The position numbers and the translations under genes are program-made. The notes under the pieces are model-generated. The model ran no database searches. It was not told where the DNA came from and saw only the letters and a program-made list of their open reading frames with translations. Of a stretch of 64,000 nucleotides of DNA, positions 19,068 to 26,413 are shown one piece after another. Origin of the DNA: Acutalibacteraceae bacterium (GTDB lineage Bacteria; Bacillota; Clostridia; Oscillospirales; Acutalibacteraceae); assembly GCA_045121075.1 (NCBI GenBank), contig JBGVFK010000005.1, positions 6,913 through 70,912 of the forward strand. The letters run 5' to 3'. Position 1 is the stretch's first letter, and every line of letters begins with the position of its first letter.

Positions 19068-19427
19068 AGAGTTGAAAGTTGAAAGTTAAAAGTTGAAATG
19101 TGGGGAGCTACGCTCCGATTATAAACCCCTCTGTCAAAATCGTTTAGGCGATTTTGACATCTCCCCTTTCAGGGGCGACAAGATTCGGTTTAACGCTTCG
19201 CTCCGATTATATACGTTTTAATTACAACCAAAATCAAATAAACAGTCCGCCAAAGCAACTGAGCTTAATTGGCGGACTGAATTTTTATATCTTATATTTG
19301 TAAAGGCGGATACAATTTACTCTTTACCCTTTTTATCTTAACTTATTTCGCAGACTATCACCTTCTTTTTACAGAAACATAAACCTGCGACCATATTTTA
19401 ACTTTCAACTTTTAACTTTCAACTTTA
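19068..19427. repeat. Hairpin-mosaic element copy E19
   Basis: The left arm is agagttgaaagttgaaagttaaaagttgaaatgtggggagctacgctccg and the right arm is catattttaactttcaacttttaactttcaactttaa. The core at 19126-19183 is the reverse complement of the E1 core at 1174-1230, essentially identical. A further hairpin is cagtccgccaa/ttggcggactg (19243-19279). Confidence 0.8.
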
Positions 19428-19763
19428 ATTTCTGATGCCGAGAATCTCCTTCAGCAAATCAAGAAAGCTCTCTTCCCCAAGGGTGTTGATTTTGAAAAGC
19501 ATTGCCTGGCTGCCGCCTGAGGTAATTGCAGAAAGCTGAATCGGATTATTACCCACCTGAAGAAGGGTAATGCTGAGGCTTACACGGTTCTGACCCATAT
19601 AAGAATAACGCTCAAAAACTCTTACACTGCAGCGTGTGTCACCTATGCGGTAATCACTCTGATCTTCAAGTGATGAGGTCATGCTGCCGTTTTCAATTCC
19701 GTCTGTAATTCTTCTGATCACATCGTAAAAATCGCCTGTTATGGTGCATTCTAATTTAGCCAT
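19425..19763 (-). CDS. Hypothetical protein (112 aa)
   Basis: An ORF with a GGAGGAAAT RBS. I recognise no motif. Its last codons lie in the E19 arm. Confidence 0.55.
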   Translation of the reverse strand: MAKLECTITGDFYDVIRRITDGIENGSMTSSLEDQSDYRIGDTRCSVRVFERYSYMGQNRVSLSITLLQVGNNPIQLSAITSGGSQAMLFKINTLGEESFLDLLKEILGIRN

Positions 19764-19859
19764 AATATTTCCTCCTTGTGAGTTTTTACAGTTATATTAT
19801 AAATCCTCCGTAAGCTCTTTGTCAATATGCAGATTTTTGCTCAGGGAGTCTTTTGGAAA

Positions 19860-19888
19860 TTGACAAAATCCCTCTGATATGTTATAGT
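19860..19888 (+). promoter_or_regulatory. Sigma-70-type promoter upstream of glnA
   Basis: TTGACA, a 17-nt spacer, then TATAGT. Confidence 0.6.
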
Positions 19889-19939
19889 AAACTGAAACCA
19901 TAGCGGAACAATTTCTGCAAATTTGAAAGGAGCAGGATT

Positions 19940-21271
19940 ATGGCAAAGTATACAAAAGACGATATTCTCAGAATAGCACAGGAGGAAGGAGTAAACTTTA
20001 TCAATCTTCAGTTTACAGATATTCTCGGCACACCTAAAAGTGTTTCAATAACAACAAGTCAGCTTAATAAGGCTCTCGATAACCGCTGCATGTTCGACGG
20101 TTCATCAATTGACGGCTTCGTTAGAATTGAAGAGAGTGATATGTGTCTTTATCCCGATCTTGACTCCTTTGTGATTCTTCCTTGGGATGAAGCAAACGGC
20201 AAAACAGCAAGACTTATCTGTGATGTTTATAATTCAGACGGCACACCTTTTGAGGGCGACCCCAGATATGTTCTCAGAAGAGCTATGCAGAGAGCTGCTG
20301 ATATGGGCTTCAAGTGCTTCGTAGGTCCCGAATGCGAATTCTTCCTTTTCCATCTTGATGCTTGCGGTAAGGCAACAACAAACACCTTTGATATGGGTGG
20401 CTATTTCGATTTCGGTCCCGTTGACCGCGGTGAAAGCTGCCGCAGAGAAATCTGCCTTATTCTTGAAAAGATGGGCTTTGAAATTGAAGCATCACACCAC
20501 GAAAACGCAGTTGCTCAGCACGAAATCGACTTCAAGTATGACGAGGTTCTTACAACAGCTGACAATGTAATGACATTCAAGCAGGTTGTAAAGACAATTT
20601 CAGATAAGCACAACCTTTATGCAACCTTTATGCCCAAGCCCGTATTCGGTATGGCTGGCTCAGGTATGCACATCAACCTTTCACTTTTCAAGGACGGCAA
20701 GAATGTTTTCTGCGATGAAAATGATGAGAGAGGTCTCAGCTCACTTGCGTATAGCTTTATTGCAGGTGTTATGAACCACATCAAGGCAATTACCGTTCTT
20801 ACAAATCCCCTTGTTAACTCATATAAGCGTCTTGTTCCCGGCTATGAAGCTCCCGTTTATATTGCCTGGTCTGCCAAGAACAGAAGTCCCCTTGTTCGTA
20901 TTCCCACAGCAAGAGGCTCAGGCACAAGAATTGAGCTTCGTAATCCCGACCCCGCTGCTAACCCCTATCTTGCTTTTGCTGCAGTGCTTCAGGCAGGTCT
21001 TGACGGCATTGAAAAGGGTATGACACCTCCCGCTCCTGCTGACAGCAACATCTTTGAGCTTACAAGAGAAGAAAGACATCAGGCTGACATTCACTCACTT
21101 CCCAAGACTCTCTACGATGCCCTCAGAGAATTCAGAAAGAGTGACTTTGCAAAGGAAGCGGTCGGTGAGCATGTTCACAAAAAGTATATCACAGCAAAAA
21201 CAGAGGAATGGACAGAATACACCACACGAGTTTCTCAGTGGGAAATTGATAAATATCTCGGAAAGTATTGA
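19940..21271 (+). CDS. glnA: Type I glutamine synthetase
   Basis: The 443-aa protein has DGSSI, GPECEFFLF, MPKPVFGMAGSGMHINLSL and NRSPLVRIP motifs. Confidence 0.9.
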   Translation: MAKYTKDDILRIAQEEGVNFINLQFTDILGTPKSVSITTSQLNKALDNRCMFDGSSIDGFVRIEESDMCLYPDLDSFVILPWDEANGKTARLICDVYNSDGTPFEGDPRYVLRRAMQRAADMGFKCFVGPECEFFLFHLDACGKATTNTFDMGGYFDFGPVDRGESCRREICLILEKMGFEIEASHHENAVAQHEIDFKYDEVLTTADNVMTFKQVVKTISDKHNLYATFMPKPVFGMAGSGMHINLSLFKDGKNVFCDENDERGLSSLAYSFIAGVMNHIKAITVLTNPLVNSYKRLVPGYEAPVYIAWSAKNRSPLVRIPTARGSGTRIELRNPDPAANPYLAFAAVLQAGLDGIEKGMTPPAPADSNIFELTREERHQADIHSLPKTLYDALREFRKSDFAKEAVGEHVHKKYITAKTEEWTEYTTRVSQWEIDKYLGKY

Positions 21272-21276
21272 TTTAA

Positions 21277-22320
21277 ATGGAATTCAAAGTAAATCCGGCT
21301 TCTTTCAGCGGAATTTTTGCCGTACCCACAGCAGTTGTTGACGAGAATATCCGCCTTGCCAGTGTTGTTCAGCTGAAGGTAATTCTCTACCTTCTCAGAC
21401 ACGGCTCTGTAAGACAGGTAACTGTAAAGGATATTTCCGATGCACTTTTCCTTGACAGCCAGGATGTGGCTGATGCACTGCTTTTCTGGTACGAAAGAGG
21501 CATTGTTATAAAAGACGGTGATGCACCTGCTCCAGTTGTGCAGAGTGCTCCTGTCAAAGAGGAAGAAACAAAAATTGAAATAACTCCCGTTGCTCCCAAA
21601 AAGGAGGTTCAGGATATCCCCATTTCACGCCCCAGCCACGAGCAGATTGCCGTAAGATGCAAGGAGTGTGAGGATATCTCCGTTCTTTTCCGTGAGGCAC
21701 AGACAGCCCTTGGCAAAACAATCGGCTATGACGGTCAGTCAGTGCTCATTATGATGTACGACTCCTACGGTCTGCCCGTTGAGGTTATTCTTATGGCAAT
21801 TGAGTATGCCGTAAGTCAGGGCAAGGCAAGCTTTTCTAATATCGCCAAAATCGGCAAAAGATGGAGCGAGCTTGAAATTGATACCCTTGAGGGTGCAATG
21901 GAATACATTGAAGAGCATAATGTTGTAAATGAAGTGTGGCACAAGCTGAGACTTCTTACCGACATAACCAATAAACGACCCACATCGAAGCAGTTCGGTT
22001 ATCTTACTGCGTGGATCAAGGAATACGGCTACGATGCCAATATGATTTTCTATGCCTATGAAGAATGCGTTGATCGCACCGGCAAGATGAGTATGCCGTA
22101 TATGGATAAAATCATAACCTCATGGCACAAGAACGGTGTAAAAACACCGCTTGATATTGCCGAGGAAAGAAAACGCTGGCAGGAAAGTCAGGCAAAGAAG
22201 GCTCCTAAAAAGGAAAAAGAAAAACCTCAGCACGAGCAGCGTGAAGCATCCTATGATATTGACCGCTTTATGCAGAAGAGTGTTGACCTTGTTTACGACA
22301 AAAACGATAAAAACGCCTGA
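21277..22320 (+). CDS. DnaD-domain replication initiation / membrane attachment protein (Bacillus DnaB/DnaD type)
   Basis: Two C-terminal DnaD-like repeats are present (FSNIAKIGKRWSE..., MPYMDKIITSWHKNGVKT). It is directly followed by a DnaC/DnaI-like loader gene. Confidence 0.75.
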   Translation: MEFKVNPASFSGIFAVPTAVVDENIRLASVVQLKVILYLLRHGSVRQVTVKDISDALFLDSQDVADALLFWYERGIVIKDGDAPAPVVQSAPVKEEETKIEITPVAPKKEVQDIPISRPSHEQIAVRCKECEDISVLFREAQTALGKTIGYDGQSVLIMMYDSYGLPVEVILMAIEYAVSQGKASFSNIAKIGKRWSELEIDTLEGAMEYIEEHNVVNEVWHKLRLLTDITNKRPTSKQFGYLTAWIKEYGYDANMIFYAYEECVDRTGKMSMPYMDKIITSWHKNGVKTPLDIAEERKRWQESQAKKAPKKEKEKPQHEQREASYDIDRFMQKSVDLVYDKNDKNA

Positions 22321-22328
22321 AAATAACC

Positions 22329-22354
22329 GTAGGGACACGGTGTGCTGTGTCCGC
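22329..22354. repeat. REP-like hairpin GTAGGGACACGG-N4-CTGTGTCCGC, copy A
   Basis: The sequence gtagggacacggtgtgctgtgtccgc has a second copy at 35350-35376. Confidence 0.7.
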
Positions 22355-22385
22355 AAACCCAAATCAAGAAAAGAAGGTGCAAACT

Positions 22386-23360
22386 GTGTCCTATAAGCAA
22401 AGTGTATACATCAAAGCAAAGCAGATTCTTGACGAGCGCAGAGCTACTGCTCTTAAGGTGCAGGAAATCCGTCACAGTGAAATTGCAATGGAATATCCCG
22501 AGCTTCTCGAAATTGAAAGAGAGATGGCGCAGTGCGGTGCTGACACCGTTAAGGCAATCGGTATGGGTGCAGATGCAGCTGAATTTATCCGTCAGCTTTC
22601 AATTAAAAGCCTTGATGCTCAGGACAGAAAAAAGGCACTTCTCAAAAAGGCAGGCTATGAAGAAAATTATCTTGAGCCGCCTTATACCTGTCCGGTTTGT
22701 AAAGACACCGGCTCACACAACGGCTACTACTGTCAGTGCTATAAAAAGCTTATAAGAGAGGTTGCAACAGACGAGCTTTCAGCAGCTTCACCGCTTAAAA
22801 GATGCTCATTTGAAAGCTTCAGCCTTTCAAAGTATGCTGATATTACAGATAAAACTCTCGGTGTAAATCAGAGAGAGCATATGACAAAGGTATATAATTA
22901 CTGCAAGGCTTATGCTGAAGACTTTACCACAAAGAGCAAAAACCTTCTTATGATGGGTGCAACCGGTCTTGGCAAAACTCACCTTTCTCTTGCAATTGCC
23001 AACAAGGTAATTGAAAAGGGCTACGATGTTTACTATGACAGCATTCAGAATATTATGGATAAGCTTGAAAGAGAGCACTTCGGCAGACTTCCAAGAGAAG
23101 AAAGCATAAAGGAGGATATTCTCTCCTGCGACCTTCTTATTATTGACGACCTTGGCGTTGAGTTTTCAACACAGTTTACCGTAGCTGAGCTTCATAACAT
23201 AATCAACACAAGAATTCTCCGCTGTCTGCCTACAATTATCAGCACAAACCTTGAGCTTTCTGATATTGAAAAGCAGTATTCACAGAGAATTGCTTCAAGA
23301 ATAATCGGCACAAGTATGCCGCTTCGTTTCTGCGGAAGCGATATAAGACAAATGCTTTAA
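22386..23360 (+). CDS. DnaC/DnaI-like AAA+ helicase loader
   Basis: Walker A is MMGATGLGKTHL and Walker B is LLIIDDLG. The C-x2-C...C-x-C motif (CPVCKDTGSHNGYYCQC) resembles the DnaI zinc module. I prefer the GTG at 22386 (GAAGG RBS 8 nt upstream). The track start at 22347 lies inside the REP-like hairpin. Confidence 0.75.
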   Translation: MSYKQSVYIKAKQILDERRATALKVQEIRHSEIAMEYPELLEIEREMAQCGADTVKAIGMGADAAEFIRQLSIKSLDAQDRKKALLKKAGYEENYLEPPYTCPVCKDTGSHNGYYCQCYKKLIREVATDELSAASPLKRCSFESFSLSKYADITDKTLGVNQREHMTKVYNYCKAYAEDFTTKSKNLLMMGATGLGKTHLSLAIANKVIEKGYDVYYDSIQNIMDKLEREHFGRLPREESIKEDILSCDLLIIDDLGVEFSTQFTVAELHNIINTRILRCLPTIISTNLELSDIEKQYSQRIASRIIGTSMPLRFCGSDIRQML

Positions 23361-23368
23361 AATTAAAG

Positions 23369-23406
23369 GTGGCTGTTACGTTGTAACGGCCACTTCATTT
23401 TTTGTT
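23369..23406 (+). terminator. Rho-independent terminator
   Basis: The hairpin gtggctgttac-g-ttgtaacggccac is followed by a T-rich tail. Confidence 0.7.
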
Positions 23407-23463
23407 TTAAAACTATTGATATTACTTTAGTTTTAAGGTATAATAACTAAGCTTTAATATTTT

Positions 23464-23539
23464 GCTGGAATAGCTCAGTTGGTAGAGCAGCGCATTCGTA
23501 ATGCGCAGGTCGCGTGTTCGAGTCACGTTTCCAGCTCCA
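23464..23539 (+). tRNA. tRNA-Thr (anticodon CGT)
   Basis: A manual cloverleaf fits: GCTGGAA/TTCCAGC acceptor, GCTC/GAGC D stem, GCGCA-TTCGTAA-TGCGC anticodon arm, GCGTG-TTCGAGT-CACGT T arm, and an encoded CCA. Confidence 0.9.
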
Positions 23540-23580
23540 GTGCCCGTTTGCAAAAAGCAGACGGGATTTTTATTTTGCGC

Positions 23581-23616
23581 AAAAAATCAGCCGTTACAAT
23601 TTTTTGTAACGGCTTA
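23581..23616 (-). terminator. Rho-independent terminator of the Na/Pi transporter gene
   Basis: The hairpin agccgttaca-attttt-tgtaacggct has a T-run on the minus strand. Confidence 0.75.
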
Positions 23617-23622
23617 ATGTTT

Positions 23623-25374
23623 TTAATCAAATTTGTACTTGTCTTTGAACTCGTAGTATTTATCTCTGAATGCAGGATTGTCCTTACTCTTGAATTCGTG
23701 AAGATATTCGTGCACACCCATGCTACTGTGTGAAATTTCAATCATACTTGCACAGATATCTGAACAGTGGTCAGAAACTCTTTCAATTGCTGTAAGAATA
23801 TCGTTATAGATAAGACCCTGTTCAAAGGTGCAGTCATCACGCAGCATACGCTCAATATGGTTGTTCTTAGCCTTTGCAGTGAGCTTATCAATAACCTGCT
23901 CAAGGGCTTCAACCTCAGTAGCCATTTCAATGTTGTTGTGACGGAAGGCCTTGCTTGTCATATCCATAGCCTCAAGAACTGCAGTTGCAATAACTGTAAG
24001 CTCTTTTTTAGCACTGGAGGAAAGCTTCATCTTGCCCTCTTCCATTTCTCTTGCGTGAACACTGATGTGTACTGCATGGTCAGAGATTCTTTCAAAGCCT
24101 GAGATAACGTGAAGAAGCTTTGTCATTTCGTAGCTGTCATCAGCTGAAAGGTCTGTAGCACTGAGCTTTACAAGATAGGAGTTGATAACGTCCTCGTATC
24201 TGTCAATTTTCTTTTCAAGCTTCTTAATCTTTTCAGCTCTCTTTTCGTCGTATGATGAAAGCTGACCAAGACCCTTGCTGATAGCAATGCTTGTTTCCTT
24301 AACCATTTCGTAGGTCTTTTCTCTTGCCTGTTGGAGAGCAACAGCGGGATTAATGAAGAGACGCTCATCAAGAAGAGTAACCTCGTCTTCGTCAACGGGA
24401 CCGTCTTTGATCATCTTTGTTGAAATCTTTTCAAGAAGATTTGAAAGAGGCAGGAAGACTGCAGTTACAATAAGGTTGCATGATGTATGAATAACAGCGA
24501 TATCCACACCTGAAGCCGCTTTATCTACAAAGGGGAATTTGAAAATCGCATCAAGGCCGTAGAAAAGAGCCATAAGCAGCACTGAACCGAAAAGATTGAA
24601 GTTGAAGTGAATCATAGCTGCACGCTTTGCGTTTTTGTTTGCACCCATTGATGAAAGAAGTGCAGTTACACAAGTACCGATATTCTGACCGAGGATAATC
24701 GGGAAGGCAGCGCCTACAGTAACCTGACCGGTTACGCAAAGAGCCTGAAGAATACCAACAGAAGCTGATGATGACTGAATAATACCTGTAAGAATTGCAC
24801 CGGCAAGAATACCGAGGATAGGATTCTTAAAGAGAATGAAGAGCTGTGTAAACTGAGGAACATCCTTAAGGCCTGAAACTGCATCGGACGCTGTATCCAT
24901 ACCAAACATAAGCACCGCAAAGCCGATAAGAATCATACCGAGATCCTTCTTCTTGTTGTCCTTAAGGAAGCAGTAGAAGATTACACCGATAAGCGCAAGA
25001 ATGGGAGTAAATGACGTAGGCTTAAGAAGCTGAATGAAAATGCTGTCACCGCTAAGACCTGTAAGGCTGAGAATCCATGCGGTTACGGTTGTACCAACGT
25101 TTGCACCCATAATTACGCCAACTGACTGAGCAATTGTCATAATGCCTGAGTTTACAAAGCCGACTACCATAACGGTTGTTGCTGATGAAGACTGGATAAC
25201 AGCTGTTACAATCATACCCAGTAAAAAACCTGTATATTTGTTTGAGGTAAACTTTGAAAGCAGCCCTGAAAGCTGACCGCCTGCCTTCTTTTCAAGTGCT
25301 GAGCCCATATAGCTCATACCGAAAAGGAAAAGCGAGATACCACCGATGAAGGTCAATACGTCAAAAATTGTCAT
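23623..25374 (-). CDS. Na+/phosphate cotransporter family protein with C-terminal PhoU-like domains
   Basis: The 583-aa protein has N-terminal repeats of the QSSSATT / QSSSASV type typical of NptA/Na_Pi_cotrans. The C-terminal helical repeats contain ERISDHA and ERVSDHC motifs. Confidence 0.85.
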   Translation of the reverse strand: MTIFDVLTFIGGISLFLFGMSYMGSALEKKAGGQLSGLLSKFTSNKYTGFLLGMIVTAVIQSSSATTVMVVGFVNSGIMTIAQSVGVIMGANVGTTVTAWILSLTGLSGDSIFIQLLKPTSFTPILALIGVIFYCFLKDNKKKDLGMILIGFAVLMFGMDTASDAVSGLKDVPQFTQLFILFKNPILGILAGAILTGIIQSSSASVGILQALCVTGQVTVGAAFPIILGQNIGTCVTALLSSMGANKNAKRAAMIHFNFNLFGSVLLMALFYGLDAIFKFPFVDKAASGVDIAVIHTSCNLIVTAVFLPLSNLLEKISTKMIKDGPVDEDEVTLLDERLFINPAVALQQAREKTYEMVKETSIAISKGLGQLSSYDEKRAEKIKKLEKKIDRYEDVINSYLVKLSATDLSADDSYEMTKLLHVISGFERISDHAVHISVHAREMEEGKMKLSSSAKKELTVIATAVLEAMDMTSKAFRHNNIEMATEVEALEQVIDKLTAKAKNNHIERMLRDDCTFEQGLIYNDILTAIERVSDHCSDICASMIEISHSSMGVHEYLHEFKSKDNPAFRDKYYEFKDKYKFD

Positions 25375-25464
25375 AAAAATTTCTCCTTATCTTGGGGAAT
25401 AAAAAAGTCTGCGCTAGTTTAATTCTATCATAAGTAAAATAATAATGCTACAGATTTTGGAAAA

Positions 25465-25508
25465 AAATATAAAAAAATTCTCACCCCGGTTTTGCTCCTG
25501 AGTGAGAA
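25465..25508 (-). terminator. Rho-independent terminator of the nrdD-trxR-like operon
   Basis: The hairpin ttctcac-(17 nt)-gtgagaa has a T-run on the minus strand. Confidence 0.65.
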
Positions 25509-25516
25509 TTTTGTAG

Positions 25517-26410
25517 TTATCTTAAATAATTTATTGCCGCCAGTGCTGCGGTTGCTCCGTCTGCAACTGCGGTAGCAATTTGACGGATACTCTTTGTTCT
25601 GCAGTCGCCTGCTGTGAAAATTCCTTCAGCATTTGTAAGACAGGTTTCGTCAGCCTTTACATAGCCGTACTGAAGCTCAACATTATCCTTGAAAGCCTCG
25701 TTGTCAGGCTGAAGACCAATTGCAACAAATACACCGTCAGCAGTAATTGCTTTGTTTTCGCCGTCAGCATTGATGCTTACTGTAACCTTTTCGCCATCCT
25801 TGCTGAATGAAAGAATTTCAGCCGGCATAATGAAGCTTACCTTTTCATCAGCCTTAAGAATTTCCTGAAGCTTCTGCTCACCGGTAAGGTAAGGCAGATT
25901 CTGAATAACAGTAACACTCTTTGAGGTTTTTGAAAGAAGAACTGCTTCCTGGAGTGCTGAGTTGCCGCCACCGATTACAATAACATCCTTGCTTTCGTAG
26001 AAAGCACCATCGCAAACGGCACAGAAGGAAATTCCTTCACCGATAAGCTCTGCTTCACCGTCTACACCAAGGTGTCTGTGCTTTGCACCGGTTGCAATAA
26101 TTACTGCTCTGCCTTCAAAGTCAGCACCCTCGCAGTGAAGAATTTTGCTGTCGCCCTTATCTTCAATTGAAAGCACTGTGTCAAGCTCGACTTCAGCACC
26201 AAGGCTGATTGCCTGCTCAACCATTTTATCTGAAAGCTCCATACCTGAAACCTCACCGAAGCCGGGATAGTTTTCAATTTTCGGAGAGAAATTCATCTGT
26301 CCGCCAAAGCTTTCCTTTTCAATTATAAGAACAGATTTGCCTGCTCTTTTTCCGTAAATTGCGGCAGCGAGTCCAGCAGGACCCGCGCCGATAATAAGAA
26401 TGTCGTACAT
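25517..26410 (-). CDS. Thioredoxin-reductase-like flavoprotein lacking the NADPH HRRxxxR signature
   Basis: FAD motif GAGPAGLAAA, redox-active CAVCDG and a second GGGNSA dinucleotide motif are present. The position of HRRDxFRA reads QNLPYLTGE. The start lies 3 nt after the nrdD stop. Confidence 0.8.
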   Translation of the reverse strand: MYDILIIGAGPAGLAAAIYGKRAGKSVLIIEKESFGGQMNFSPKIENYPGFGEVSGMELSDKMVEQAISLGAEVELDTVLSIEDKGDSKILHCEGADFEGRAVIIATGAKHRHLGVDGEAELIGEGISFCAVCDGAFYESKDVIVIGGGNSALQEAVLLSKTSKSVTVIQNLPYLTGEQKLQEILKADEKVSFIMPAEILSFSKDGEKVTVSINADGENKAITADGVFVAIGLQPDNEAFKDNVELQYGYVKADETCLTNAEGIFTAGDCRTKSIRQIATAVADGATAALAAINYLR

Positions 26411-26413
26411 AAT

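Noticed and set aside
22342-22755. A 137-aa alternative-frame ORF overlapping the dnaI-like gene
   Set aside because: The overlapping frame carries the Walker A/B motifs and the zinc module, and this one has no features.
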